Shown here one piece after another: positions 14,312 to 24,501 of a DNA stretch of 64,000 bases. The translations under genes and the position numbers were made by a program. Origin of the DNA: an uncultured virus (IMG/VR IMGVR_UViG_3300025390_000008). Lineage: Duplodnaviria > Heunggongvirae > Uroviricota > Caudoviricetes. Positions within the stretch are counted from its first letter, which is position 1. Every line of letters starts with the position of its first letter. Where the stretch lies: IMG/VR virus record IMGVR_UViG_3300025390_000008. One strand, written 5' to 3'. The notes beneath the pieces are model-generated. The model was not told the DNA's origin and made no database searches. It saw only the letters and a list, made by a program, of their open reading frames with translations.

Positions 14312-15800
14312 GATTGAGAAGCTGATTGCCGCCCTGCCTAAGGAGCAGCAAGAGCCGATATTCCAGTTGGTGGAGGATTACCGGCTGGCGAGTGAGCGGG
14401 AGGTGGCGCAGAGTAGTTTCATGTCGTACGTGAAGCTGATGTGGCCGTCTTTTGTTCATGGTAGACACCATGCCCTAATGGCTAAGAAGTTTGAAGAGAT
14501 TGCGGCTGGGAGATTGAAGAGGCTGATCATTAACATGCCGCCTCGGCATACGAAGTCGGAGTTTGCGTCCTTCCTACTGCCCTCTTGGTTTTTGGGGAAG
14601 TATCCGAATAAGAAAGTGATTCAGAGCTCTAATACAAGTGACCTGGCTGTTAACTTTGGGCGTAAGGTTCGGAACTTGGTGGGGAGTGAGCAATATAGCA
14701 GGGTGTTCCCGTCTGTATCTTTGAGGCAGGATAGCAAGAGTGCTGGGCGATGGGCGACGAGTCAGAACGGCGAGTACTTCGCTATTGGTGTAGGTGGTAC
14801 TGTTACCGGTAAGGGTGCGGACCTTTTGATTATTGATGACCCGCATTCAGAGCAGGAAGCGGCGATGGCGTCTGGGAATCCTGAGGTATTTGACAAGGTG
14901 TATGAGTGGTATACGTCGGGTCCTCGGCAGCGGTTGCAGCCTGGTGGGGCGATTGTGATTGTGATGACGCGCTGGGCTGAGCGGGATTTGACGGGTCGGG
15001 TTATTAAAGATGCCTCGATGCGGGACAAGGGTGAGGAGTGGGAGGTTATTGAGTTACCTGCGATCATGCCCAGTGGTAAGCCGTTGTGGCCGGAGTTTTG
15101 GTCGATTGAGGAATTGACTGCCCTGAAGGAGGAGTTGCCGCCTGCCAAGTGGAATGCACAGTACCAGCAGAGTCCGACGGGTGAAGAGGGGGCTTTAGTT
15201 AAGAGAGAGTGGTGGAGAAGGTGGGAAGCGGACAGAGCGCCACCGTGTGAGTTTATTATTCAGTCTTGGGATACGGCGTTTACGAAGAGTGAGCGGAGTG
15301 ACTTTTCTGCATGTACGACGTGGGGGGTTTTTTATTTGGATGAAGACCCGAGTGATGTGAATATTATTTTGCTAGATGCGTTTCAAAAGCGGATGGAGTT
15401 TCCGGAGTTGAAGCAGACGGCGTATGACCACTATAGGGAGTGGGAGCCTGATGCGTTCATTGTTGAGGCAAAGGCTGCTGGCGCGCCGTTGATTTATGAG
15501 CTCAGGAGCATGGGGATTTTTGTTGAGGAGTATTCGCCCAGTCGGGGGAATGATAAGTTTGTTCGTATAAACAGCGTGACGGACATGTTTAGATCGGGTA
15601 AAGTGTGGGCTCCCGAGACTAGGTGGGCGCAGGAGGTCATTGATCAGATGGCGTCATTTCCTAATGCTGAGCATGATGACTTGGTGGATAGTTCTACGCA
15701 GGCGTTGTTAAGATTTAGGCGGGGTGGGTTTATTAGACTGCAGTCGGATGAACCTGAGGAACAACAGTTTTTTAAGCGTAAGACTCACGCTTATTATTGA
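14301..15800 (+). CDS. terL: terminase large subunit
   Basis: RLIINMPPRHTKSE Walker A, LLIIDDP, QSWDTA, HDDLVD nuclease motifs. Confidence 0.95.
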   Translation: MLSEIEKLIAALPKEQQEPIFQLVEDYRLASEREVAQSSFMSYVKLMWPSFVHGRHHALMAKKFEEIAAGRLKRLIINMPPRHTKSEFASFLLPSWFLGKYPNKKVIQSSNTSDLAVNFGRKVRNLVGSEQYSRVFPSVSLRQDSKSAGRWATSQNGEYFAIGVGGTVTGKGADLLIIDDPHSEQEAAMASGNPEVFDKVYEWYTSGPRQRLQPGGAIVIVMTRWAERDLTGRVIKDASMRDKGEEWEVIELPAIMPSGKPLWPEFWSIEELTALKEELPPAKWNAQYQQSPTGEEGALVKREWWRRWEADRAPPCEFIIQSWDTAFTKSERSDFSACTTWGVFYLDEDPSDVNIILLDAFQKRMEFPELKQTAYDHYREWEPDAFIVEAKAAGAPLIYELRSMGIFVEEYSPSRGNDKFVRINSVTDMFRSGKVWAPETRWAQEVIDQMASFPNAEHDDLVDSSTQALLRFRRGGFIRLQSDEPEEQQFFKRKTHAYY

Positions 15801-15808
15801 GGATATAC

Positions 15809-18463
15809 ATGGCTACTAACATCGACAAATCGGTTTATCAAGCGCCCCAAGGTTTAGCTGGATTAGAGAGTGAGCCTGTTGAGGTTGAGGTCTTAGGTCC
15901 TGAAGAGGACATGGAAGAGGAGCCAGAAGAAGAGGGTGAAGGCTTTAACGGTAACTTGGCTGAAGAACTGGATGAGTCGATATTACAGCGAATTGGTTCT
16001 GAGCTGGCGGCGAGTGTAGATACAGACCGCCAATCCCGCAAAGAGTGGGAGAAGACTTATGTGATGGGCCTAAAGCTGATGGGCCTGCAGTATGAAGAAC
16101 GTACTGAGCCTTGGATGGGTGCTTCTGGTGTGTTCCACCCAATGATCACTGAGGCGGTGGTACGGTTCCAGTCGGAAACGATTACAGAGATGTTCCCTGC
16201 CCAAGGGCCTGTGCGTACGACGATCTGGGGTAAGGAAACGCCTGAGAAGATGCAGGCGGCTCGGAATGTTGAAGAGGACATGAACTATGAGCTGGTAGAG
16301 AAGATGCCAGAGTTCCGCCCTGAGCAAGAGCGGATGCTGTGGAGCTTGCCTGCTACAGGTTCTGCCTTTAAGAAAGTTTATAAAGACCCGACGTTGGGTC
16401 GTCAGAAGTCGGTATTTATTCCAGCAGAAGATGTGATTCTTCCTTATGGATGTACGGATATTCGCACCTGTGAGCGCGTGACGCATGAGATGCGGATGAC
16501 GAAGAATGAAATCCTGAAGCTGATGGCAACGGGGTTTTATCGTGATGTGGAGTTGGGTGACCCCTCACGCACGACGGATGATATTCAAAAAGCCAAAGAC
16601 CAAGAGACTGGCTTTACGGATAACAGCGATGACCGGTATACGTTGTTTGAATCGTTGGTGGACCTTGATTTGGATGGGTTCAACGATGTTGACGAGGATA
16701 ACGATGAGACTGGTATTGCCCTGCCTTATGTAATGACGATCGTCAAGGGAACGAATCAGGTTTTATCGATACGAAGAAATTGGAAAGAAAATGATCCGCT
16801 CAAGCTTAAGAGACAGCATTTTGTACACTACCAGTATGTACCTGGGTTTGGAGCCTACGGTTTCGGGCTATTCCACCTTATCGGCGGATTTGCAAAATCA
16901 GCGACATCGATTATGCGCCAGCTTGTTGATGCCGGCACCCTCTCCAACCTACCAGGCGGTCTCAAGTCACGCGGCCTCCGGATCAAAGGCGACGATACCC
17001 CGATTGCTCCAGGCGAGTTCCGCGACGTAGACATTGGATCTGGCGCACTGCGGGACAACATCCTGCCCTTGCCTTATAAAGAACCTAGCCAAGTTCTGTA
17101 TACGCTGCTGAATAATATTGTTGACGAAGGCCGTCGTTTTGCGGCTACTGCAGATATGCAGGTCAGCGATATGTCGAGTCAGGCCCCAGTGGGCACGACT
17201 CTGGCTTTGCTGGAACGCCAATTGAAGGTGATGACGGCGGTGCAGGCACGGGTTCACTATGCCTTTAAGCAAGAGCTGCAATTGTTGGCTGAGATTATTC
17301 GAGAGGATAGTCCTGACGAATACGAGTTTGATCCTGAAAAGGGTAGCCGTAAGTCGAAGAAAGCAGACTTCTCGCACGTGGATATTATTCCAGTCAGCGA
17401 TCCTAATGCCGCGACGATGTCTCAACGCGTGGTGCAGTACCAAGCAGTTATTCAGATGGCGCAGATGTCGCCTGATATCTATAACCTGCCTGAGTTGCAC
17501 CGTCGGATGTTGGAAGTGTTGGGCATTAAGAATCCTGACAAACTGGTTCCCCTGCCTGATGACCAGACGCCTAAGGATCCAATCTCTGAGAACGTGAATG
17601 CACTTAACGGTGTACCGCTCAAGGCGTTCCAGTTCCAAGACCACCAAGCGCACATTCAGGTTCACATGGCGGCTATGCAGGATCCTCAAATTCAGCAGCT
17701 GATGGGACAAAATCCCAAAGCGCCAATGATCATGGCAGCTATGCAAGCTCACTTGGCTGAGCACGCTGGTTTTGAGTATCGCAAGCAAGTGGAGGCCCAG
17801 TTGGGTATGGCTCTGCCTCAGCAAGATGAGAAGCTGCCGCCAGAGGCTGAAGTGGCTATGTCTGGTTTGATGGCTCAAGCGGCTCAGCGCGTGTTGCAAC
17901 AACACCAGCAGCAAGCTCAACAGCAGCAGAACCAGCAGAACCAGCAAGATCCGATTATTCAGTTGCAGCAACAAGAGATGCAGATCAAACAAGCTGAGTT
18001 GCAGTTGCGTCAACAGGAAGTTCAGATCAAAGCTCAGCAGGCTCAGGCTCAAGCGGCTATTGAGCAAGCGCGTCTGCAGGCCAATACGCAAATGCACGCC
18101 CAGAAGCTGGCGCTTGAACAGCAAAAAGTGGGTGGCACATTGCAGGCGCAGACTGCTATTGAGTCGCAGAAGATCAAAGTTAACGCTATGGCCGCAGCGC
18201 AGAAAGCGGCATTGGAGAAGCAAAAACTGGATGGCAATTTACAGTTGGGTGCCATGAAAGTCGGGGCGGAGGTTAAACGTAACAAACTCCAACACGACGC
18301 AGAAAACCAACGCGAAGGGCTGCGTATTGGTGCGGATATCGCCAAACACAAAGCCGAACAACGGAGTGCAGAGCGAGAGCTTATGCTCAAGACGGCCAAT
18401 GAGATGATCAAAAATCACATGGCCAATGTGATAGTGGAGAAAGGACCTAAGGAGTCTGAATGA
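15809..18463 (+). CDS. portal protein (P22-like, long Q-rich C-terminal barrel)
   Basis: position after terL; FKKVY, GFGL..LIGG; Q-rich coiled-coil tail. Confidence 0.85.
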   Translation: MATNIDKSVYQAPQGLAGLESEPVEVEVLGPEEDMEEEPEEEGEGFNGNLAEELDESILQRIGSELAASVDTDRQSRKEWEKTYVMGLKLMGLQYEERTEPWMGASGVFHPMITEAVVRFQSETITEMFPAQGPVRTTIWGKETPEKMQAARNVEEDMNYELVEKMPEFRPEQERMLWSLPATGSAFKKVYKDPTLGRQKSVFIPAEDVILPYGCTDIRTCERVTHEMRMTKNEILKLMATGFYRDVELGDPSRTTDDIQKAKDQETGFTDNSDDRYTLFESLVDLDLDGFNDVDEDNDETGIALPYVMTIVKGTNQVLSIRRNWKENDPLKLKRQHFVHYQYVPGFGAYGFGLFHLIGGFAKSATSIMRQLVDAGTLSNLPGGLKSRGLRIKGDDTPIAPGEFRDVDIGSGALRDNILPLPYKEPSQVLYTLLNNIVDEGRRFAATADMQVSDMSSQAPVGTTLALLERQLKVMTAVQARVHYAFKQELQLLAEIIREDSPDEYEFDPEKGSRKSKKADFSHVDIIPVSDPNAATMSQRVVQYQAVIQMAQMSPDIYNLPELHRRMLEVLGIKNPDKLVPLPDDQTPKDPISENVNALNGVPLKAFQFQDHQAHIQVHMAAMQDPQIQQLMGQNPKAPMIMAAMQAHLAEHAGFEYRKQVEAQLGMALPQQDEKLPPEAEVAMSGLMAQAAQRVLQQHQQQAQQQQNQQNQQDPIIQLQQQEMQIKQAELQLRQQEVQIKAQQAQAQAAIEQARLQANTQMHAQKLALEQQKVGGTLQAQTAIESQKIKVNAMAAAQKAALEKQKLDGNLQLGAMKVGAEVKRNKLQHDAENQREGLRIGADIAKHKAEQRSAERELMLKTANEMIKNHMANVIVEKGPKESE

Positions 18464-18654
18464 TTCAGAAATTCGCAAGCGTATTGCGCGAACAAATACG
18501 CAAAGACATGAACAACTACGCCGATGATTTGGCTAGTGGTCATTGCCGTACTTTTGAAGAGTACCAAAAACTCTGTGGGGTGATTCAAGGCCTAGCCCAG
18601 GCAGAGCGTTATGTTATCGACCTTGTAGAGAAAGTTGAAAAATCAGATGAGTGA
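18460..18654 (+). CDS. small head-module protein
   Basis: EEYQKLCGVIQGL; SD AAGGAG. Confidence 0.7.
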   Translation: MIQKFASVLREQIRKDMNNYADDLASGHCRTFEEYQKLCGVIQGLAQAERYVIDLVEKVEKSDE

Positions 18655-19081
18655 TCTTATTCTGCCACCAGGGTTAACCCTGCCTAAGCAAATTCAACCA
18701 GTGGATGCTCCGGCTGATACTGATACGAATGAGCAAAAAGCAACGATGCTGCCAGAACCTTCTGGTTGGAAATTGTTGTGTGTCGTGCCTGATGTCTCTG
18801 ACAAGATTGCAGGTACTGACCTTGACCTTGTAAAACCGTCTGACCTGGTCCGCCAAGAAGAACATGCCACTACGGTATTGTTTGTCTTGAAGGTAGGTGT
18901 GGATGCGTACAAGGACACCGCCAAGTTCCCTAGTGGTGCTTGGGCCAAGCCTGGTGATTTTGTCGTGACCCGTGCTTATGCCGGTACACGCCTGAAGATC
19001 TACGGTAAAGAATTCCGCCTGATCAACGACGACCAAGTCGAAGCAGTGGTGGACGATCCACGTGGCGTAACACGCGCATAA
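18647..19081 (+). CDS. GroES/Cpn10-like co-chaperonin
   Basis: P.GWKLL..VLKVG..KPGDFV..YAGT..GKEFRLINDDQVEAVV. Confidence 0.75.
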   Translation: MSDLILPPGLTLPKQIQPVDAPADTDTNEQKATMLPEPSGWKLLCVVPDVSDKIAGTDLDLVKPSDLVRQEEHATTVLFVLKVGVDAYKDTAKFPSGAWAKPGDFVVTRAYAGTRLKIYGKEFRLINDDQVEAVVDDPRGVTRA

Positions 19082-19088
19082 AGGAGTA

Positions 19089-20012
19089 ATGATGGAAGAC
19101 GTATTCAAGTTCCCCGACGAGATCGAGGAAACGAAAAAAGAGGTGAAAGATCAAGACGGCTTTGATATTGAAGTCGTTGACGATACACCTGAGCGCGACC
19201 GAGGCCGTAAGCCTTTGGACCGCGAAGTGGCCGATCCTACAGAAGACGAGATCGAAAACTATTCTGAGGGTGTGAAGAAGCGTATTAAAGAGCTGACCCA
19301 TGCCCGCCACGACGAGCGCCGCAAGGCAGAGCAATTGGCACGTGAGCGCCAAGAGCTTGAACGCCTGGCCCAGCAGCTGGTCAATGAGAACAAAACGCTC
19401 AAGCAGTATGTGAACAACGGCAGCCAGCAGTATGCGACTACGTTGAAGTCTGCTGCGGAGCAAGAGCTTGAAATGGCTCGACTGAACTTCAAGAAGGCGC
19501 AGGAATCTTTTGACACGGATGCCATCATTCGCGCCCAAGAGGCCATGACTGATGCCAAGATGAAGGTTGCTGCGGCAAATAATTTTAGGCCACAGCCTTT
19601 ACAAGTGGATGAAAATCCTGTACAACTGCGCCAACAAGCACCTCAGCCTGTACAACCTGACGAAAAATCCCTGCGCTGGCAGGCAAGAAACCAGTGGTTT
19701 GGTTCGCGTGGGTTTGAGGAAGTTACCAGCTATGCACTAGGGCTGCACCAAAAGCTAGTCAACAACGGGGTAAACCCGCAATCTGACGAGTACTTCAATA
19801 CTATTGACGCTCGCGTAAGGAAAACCTTTCCAGAGATGTTTGGAGAGGAGAAGGCCGCCCAAACTCAAACTAGGACCGCGAATGTAGTAGCTCCGGCTGC
19901 AAGATCATCGGGTAGTAAGAAGGTTCAATTAACGCAGACGCAAGTAGCGTTGGCGAAGAAATTGGGTTTAACTAACCAGCAGTATGCTGAACAAGTATTG
20001 AAATTGGGGTAA
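19089..20012 (+). CDS. probable capsid scaffolding protein
   Basis: acidic N-terminus, coiled coil, C-terminal AKKLGLT..YA; position before capsid genes. Confidence 0.65.
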   Translation: MMEDVFKFPDEIEETKKEVKDQDGFDIEVVDDTPERDRGRKPLDREVADPTEDEIENYSEGVKKRIKELTHARHDERRKAEQLARERQELERLAQQLVNENKTLKQYVNNGSQQYATTLKSAAEQELEMARLNFKKAQESFDTDAIIRAQEAMTDAKMKVAAANNFRPQPLQVDENPVQLRQQAPQPVQPDEKSLRWQARNQWFGSRGFEEVTSYALGLHQKLVNNGVNPQSDEYFNTIDARVRKTFPEMFGEEKAAQTQTRTANVVAPAARSSGSKKVQLTQTQVALAKKLGLTNQQYAEQVLKLG

Positions 20013-20018
20013 TTAAAA

Positions 20019-20456
20019 ATGGCTATCAATCGTAATCCTCGTGAGATTGAATCACGCGAACAAACAGCTCGTTATGTTTACAAACCATCGAGCACTCTGC
20101 CAGATCCGAATCCTATTCCGGGTTGGTCCTTCCGCTACATCGCAACTGCGATCATGAGCATTAGTGATCCAACTAACGTGTCCAAAAAGATGCGTGACGG
20201 CTGGGAGCCAGTGAAGGCGGAAGACCATCCTGAGTTGATGCTTGGTCCTGATGCCAAAGGTAATGTGGAGATTGGTGGGTTAATGCTTTGCAAGATGCCT
20301 ACTGAACGACTCAAAGCTATGGAAGAGTATTTTCAGAACCATGCAAAATCGCAGATGGAATCAGTTGACAACAACTTTATGCGTCAGCAGGATCCTCGGA
20401 TGCCGTTGTTCTCGGAAAAGAGATCATCGACAACACGTGGGTCATCTTTATCTTAA
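20019..20456 (+). CDS. conserved head-module protein
   Basis: RDGWEPV..GGLMLCK. Confidence 0.7.
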   Translation: MAINRNPREIESREQTARYVYKPSSTLPDPNPIPGWSFRYIATAIMSISDPTNVSKKMRDGWEPVKAEDHPELMLGPDAKGNVEIGGLMLCKMPTERLKAMEEYFQNHAKSQMESVDNNFMRQQDPRMPLFSEKRSSTTRGSSLS

Positions 20457-20472
20457 TTTTATGGAGTTATAA

Positions 20473-21363
20473 ATGGCTTATCCTATTGTCCCTGCGGCAT
20501 ACGGTTTAAAACCCGTAAGCCTGACCGGCGGTAGAATGTATTCGGGTTCTACCCGTTTCATTCCTATCTCTTCTAGCTATGGCTACAACTTGTTTAATGG
20601 CGACGTTGTTGCTATTAGCGGTGGTACTTTGGCTGTTACAGCCCTCGGTGCAGCTTCGTCGGTTTCTTCCGGCGCTGGTGCTATCGGCGTGTTTGTTGGC
20701 GCTCAATACGTCAACAGCTCTAGCCAAACCGTGCGTGCTCAGTTCTACCCTGCCAATACTGTTTCTAACAATATCCAGGGTTATGTTGTGGATGATCCAC
20801 AAGTTGTGTTCCAAGCAGCTGTTTTGACTCAAGGCACTTCGTCTGTGTCCAACACTCCCGGTGCTACTGTTGGCTACGTGAACCCCTCGTTCATCGGCTC
20901 CAATATGTACTTGGTTACCAACGGTTCTAACGGTGGCTCTGCTTCCGGTAACACCACTACTGGTGACTCTGCTATGGGCGTGACCGGCGGTGTTATCACC
21001 TCTGGTACTCAAGGTAATACACGTATTACATCGAGCGCTCCGTTCCGTGTTGTGGCTGTGGTTCCTGACACTGCTGTTACTGTTACCGCTACCAGCGGCA
21101 ACGCAACTTCCAGCAGCGCCACTTTGACCATTACTGCTGCTAACACTGCTATTAGCCCCGGTATGCAAGTTATTGCTCCTAGCGTGACCGGCATGGCCCA
21201 AGGTAACTATTTGACCGTGACTAACATCAGCGGTACAACTTTGACCTTGTCCACCACCGTGTCGGTGCCTGCCGGCACTGCTTTGTCTTTTGTTGGCTAC
21301 CCAGAAGTGCAAGTACAGTGGAACTTCGGTTACCACAACTACTTCAACGCTACTGGCGCCTAA
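20473..21363 (+). CDS. probable capsid decoration/cement protein
   Basis: AYGLKPV..GDVV..GVFVG..VVDDP; S/T/G rich; immediately before the capsid gene. Confidence 0.6.
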   Translation: MAYPIVPAAYGLKPVSLTGGRMYSGSTRFIPISSSYGYNLFNGDVVAISGGTLAVTALGAASSVSSGAGAIGVFVGAQYVNSSSQTVRAQFYPANTVSNNIQGYVVDDPQVVFQAAVLTQGTSSVSNTPGATVGYVNPSFIGSNMYLVTNGSNGGSASGNTTTGDSAMGVTGGVITSGTQGNTRITSSAPFRVVAVVPDTAVTVTATSGNATSSSATLTITAANTAISPGMQVIAPSVTGMAQGNYLTVTNISGTTLTLSTTVSVPAGTALSFVGYPEVQVQWNFGYHNYFNATGA

Positions 21364-21376
21364 GGAGTAATATAAA

Positions 21377-22279
21377 ATGGCTATTTCACGCGCACAACTA
21401 CTTAAAGAACTGCTCCCCGGCTTGAACGCTTTGTTCGGTTTGGAGTATGCCCGTTACGGTGAAGAACATAAAGAAATTTATGAAACCGAAACTTCTGAAC
21501 GTTCGTTTGAAGAAGAAACCAAACTGTCTGGCTTCAACGCCGCTCCGGTGAAGAATGAAGGCAGCGCAATTTCTTATGACAATGCTCAAGAAGCTTGGAC
21601 TGCTCGCTATAACCACGAAACCATCGCCTTGGGTTTCTCGATCACTGAAGAAGCGATCGAAGATAACTTGTACGACAGCTTGTCTGCTCGTTACACCAAA
21701 GGCTTGGCTCGTGCTATGGCTTACACCAAGCAAGTTAAGGCTGCTGCAGTTTTGAACAACGGTTACAACAACGCCTACGTTGGCGGCGATGGCGTGTCCT
21801 TGTTCTCTACCGCTCACCCCTTGGTGAACGGCGGTACTAACAGCAACACTTTCACCACTCCTTCTGATTTGAACGAAACTTCTTTGGAAGCTGCCGTTAT
21901 TCAAATCGCTGCTTGGACTGATGAACGTGGTCTGTTGATCGCTGCTAAACCCCGCAAGTTGGTGGTTCCCCCAGCACTGATGTTCGTTGCTACCCGTCTG
22001 CTCGAAACCGAGTTGCGCGTTGGTACTAACAACAACGACATCAACGCCATCAAGAACAATGGTTCGATTCCTGAAGGTTACGCTGTTAACCACTTCTTGA
22101 CTTCGACCAACACCTGGTTCTTGACCACTGATGTGCCTAACGGCCTGAAGCACTTCGAGCGGATTCCGTTGCAGAATTCAATGGATGGTGATTTTGATAC
22201 GGGCAATGTACGTTACAAGAGCCGTGAACGTTACAGCTTTGGCTGGTCTGACCCACTGGGCATCTTCAGCTCATACTAA
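21377..22279 (+). CDS. major capsid protein
   Basis: MAISRAQLLKELLPGLNALFG..DFDTGNVRYKSRERYSFGWSDP; strong SD, highly biased codons, terminator after. Confidence 0.9.
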   Translation: MAISRAQLLKELLPGLNALFGLEYARYGEEHKEIYETETSERSFEEETKLSGFNAAPVKNEGSAISYDNAQEAWTARYNHETIALGFSITEEAIEDNLYDSLSARYTKGLARAMAYTKQVKAAAVLNNGYNNAYVGGDGVSLFSTAHPLVNGGTNSNTFTTPSDLNETSLEAAVIQIAAWTDERGLLIAAKPRKLVVPPALMFVATRLLETELRVGTNNNDINAIKNNGSIPEGYAVNHFLTSTNTWFLTTDVPNGLKHFERIPLQNSMDGDFDTGNVRYKSRERYSFGWSDPLGIFSSY

Positions 22280-22298
22280 GCACTCGTTGCTTACAGGG

Positions 22299-22324
22299 AA
22301 AGGGGCTTCGGCCCCTTTTTCTTT
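22299..22324 (+). terminator. Rho-independent terminator
   Basis: AAAGGGGC-TTCG-GCCCCTTT-TTCTTT. Confidence 0.9.
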
Positions 22325-22380
22325 GGGTGGTAATAATTCCAGCAAAAATATCTTGACTACTGCTTTGGATCGGTTACTAT

Positions 22381-22469
22381 CTACGCATCTGGGAATTCGA
22401 CCTTGTTGCCACTGGCCCAGCAGACGATGCAACGATTAACAAGGTAACTTTTGCATAAGGACATTTGTC
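22381..22469 (+). promoter_or_regulatory. structured (pseudoknotted) 5' leader
   Basis: three crossing stems ending at the SD; putative promoter TTGACT-16bp-TACTAT at 22353-22380. Confidence 0.45.
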
Positions 22470-23186
22470 ATGGCACGTAGTACATTTGAAGGCCCAATCC
22501 TTTCGGGCGACAACCGTTTTGGCGCTTTGCGCGACGTCGGTTACACAGTCTTGGAACAAGACTGCTACATTGATCTTTCCAACAGCACTGCTGGCACTGC
22601 TGGTTACTCTGGTGGCTCTGGTCAATTTGCTTGGGGCAACAACATCCCCAACCTGCCCGGTACAGTTTATACCCCCTCTAGCGTTTACAGCGCTAACGGC
22701 CCTACCGTGCAAACCATCCCCGCCGATACCACCACTCAGGTGTATCGCGGCGTTGTGATGTATATTCCCAATGGCAGCGAAATCATTGACGCGACTGTGG
22801 ACTACATCTCTGCCATCACTGGTGAGTCTGGTGCTACGTTGAGCAACGTGAGTGTGTTTGTTTCCAACAACTACACTGCCGCTGCCGGTACTCCCGCTTA
22901 TGCTACTGCCGCTCTGGGCACTACGACTGTTGGCACTGCTGGCCGTCAAAGCATCACCTATACCGGCACGAATTTGGCTAACTTGTTGGCTACCACTGCT
23001 GATATTCAGAACCCCACCTTGGGCGCTAACCCTTCGTTCTTGTCGCAAGTTGTGTTTACTCTGAGCATTACAGGCACTAGCGTTGCGGCTCCCACTGGCG
23101 GCAAACTGAACTTCATCTTGCGTTACTCACAGCCCGACAACAACATCGGTACGCTGACTCAGTACCCCTACGGTAACCTTGACTAA
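22470..23186 (+). CDS. virion structural protein
   Basis: MARSTFEGPI; T/S/G rich, capsid-like codon usage. Confidence 0.75.
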   Translation: MARSTFEGPILSGDNRFGALRDVGYTVLEQDCYIDLSNSTAGTAGYSGGSGQFAWGNNIPNLPGTVYTPSSVYSANGPTVQTIPADTTTQVYRGVVMYIPNGSEIIDATVDYISAITGESGATLSNVSVFVSNNYTAAAGTPAYATAALGTTTVGTAGRQSITYTGTNLANLLATTADIQNPTLGANPSFLSQVVFTLSITGTSVAAPTGGKLNFILRYSQPDNNIGTLTQYPYGNLD

Positions 23187-23193
23187 TTGATCC

Positions 23194-23214
23194 GGGGGCT
23201 TCGGCCCCCTCTTT
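23194..23214 (+). terminator. Rho-independent terminator
   Basis: GGGGGC-TTCG-GCCCCC-TCTTT. Confidence 0.75.
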
Positions 23215-23232
23215 GTAACTAAGGAGATCAAT

Positions 23233-24009
23233 ATGGCTCAAAGTCCGAACGGCATTCCAAGTACCAACAATTCAATCCAGTCGATTACTCGTCAGGCTCG
23301 CTATGAGCCGTTTGAGTTGCAGGTTGCACGTGGCCAAATTTACGGCCATAGTGTCCTGAACATTTATGGCTACCAGACAGCGGTAGGCACATCGTTTGTG
23401 CCTGTGTGGGAAGGTAATAGCTCCTACACATTCCCGTCGTCTGCAATCCAAATGCACATTGTTAGCTCTGTTAACACTGGCGATGATAAAACAGGCACGC
23501 TTGTTACCATCAATGGGTTGGACGCCAACTACAACCAAATTTCTGAAACTGTAAAGTTGAACGGTACGACTGCTGTGACTACAGTGAAATCGTACTTCCG
23601 AATCAACAGTATGGTAGTAGCCAGCGGTGCACCCACTGGTAACATCACGCTGAAAGATACATCGGATACAACGCTGTACGCAGAAATTTTGGCGGGCAAT
23701 GGCCGCACTTTGATGGGCATCTATACGGTCCCCGCAGGTTATACGTTCTATCTAAGCCGTATTGATATCAATACCAGCTTGAACGCCAACCCTGCTGGTT
23801 TTGCCACATACCAGAACTACCAAACAAGCAGCGCTGGTGTATCCACTGTTACTGTTGTTGCGCCGTTTACAAACAACTACCATACGCAACGGGTTATGCC
23901 CCGTGCCGTGGCGGAAAAAACGGACATCCAATTGCAAGCAAAAGTTAGCACCGGCACTGCGGCCTTAACGGTTTCGCAAGAGGGCTACTTAATCGCAAAC
24001 GGTACTTAA
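23233..24009 (+). CDS. virion structural protein
   Basis: 258 aa beta-rich; YTVPAGYT motif; SD AAGGAG. Confidence 0.75.
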   Translation: MAQSPNGIPSTNNSIQSITRQARYEPFELQVARGQIYGHSVLNIYGYQTAVGTSFVPVWEGNSSYTFPSSAIQMHIVSSVNTGDDKTGTLVTINGLDANYNQISETVKLNGTTAVTTVKSYFRINSMVVASGAPTGNITLKDTSDTTLYAEILAGNGRTLMGIYTVPAGYTFYLSRIDINTSLNANPAGFATYQNYQTSSAGVSTVTVVAPFTNNYHTQRVMPRAVAEKTDIQLQAKVSTGTAALTVSQEGYLIANGT

Positions 24010-24011
24010 TC

Positions 24012-24257
24012 ATGGCTAAGACAGCAGCATGGACTCGCAAAGAAGGCAAGAATTCCAACGGCGGCTTGAACGCCAAGGGGCGAGCCAGCGCCAAAAAGCA
24101 AGGGATGAATCTGAAGCCCCCGCAACCCGAGGGCGGAAAAAGGCGCGACAGCTTCTGTGCCCGAATGGAAGGCATGAAGAAAAAGCTGACTAGCGAGAAG
24201 ACTGCTAAGGACCCTGACAGCCGGATCAACAAAAGCCTGCGGGCATGGAAGTGCTGA
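24012..24257 (+). CDS. small basic protein
   Basis: GGLNAKGRAS..RRDSFCARM..SRINKSLRAWKC. Confidence 0.75.
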   Translation: MAKTAAWTRKEGKNSNGGLNAKGRASAKKQGMNLKPPQPEGGKRRDSFCARMEGMKKKLTSEKTAKDPDSRINKSLRAWKC

Positions 24258-24258
24258 G

Positions 24259-24501
24259 ATGGATGGAAACATGATTTGGTCTGGCGGGCTATCCCTGATT
24301 CTTGGGATGGTTGCCTTTTTCTTGAAAGAGAAGTCTAATGACCTTAAACGGATTGAGATTCTGCTCAACCGTACACGCGAGGAAATCGCAAAAGGATACG
24401 TGACCAATGACGAGCTTAACAAAATTACTGAGCACATTGACTCTCGCTTTAACAAGTTGGAAAACAAAATTGACCAGCTACTTCAGCAAGGGGCAAAGTG
24501 A
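24259..24501 (+). CDS. membrane protein with coiled coil
   Basis: N-terminal TM, LLNRTREEIA..RFNKLENKIDQL. Confidence 0.7.
   Translation: MDGNMIWSGGLSLILGMVAFFLKEKSNDLKRIEILLNRTREEIAKGYVTNDELNKITEHIDSRFNKLENKIDQLLQQGAK

Noticed and set aside
16967..18223. 418-aa antisense ORF (also 20506-21336, 21398-22153, 43691-44521, 48568-49635, 50692-51909, 52405-53298)
   Set aside because: Shadow frames opposite strongly codon-biased genes; L/R/S-rich, with no motifs or RBS.
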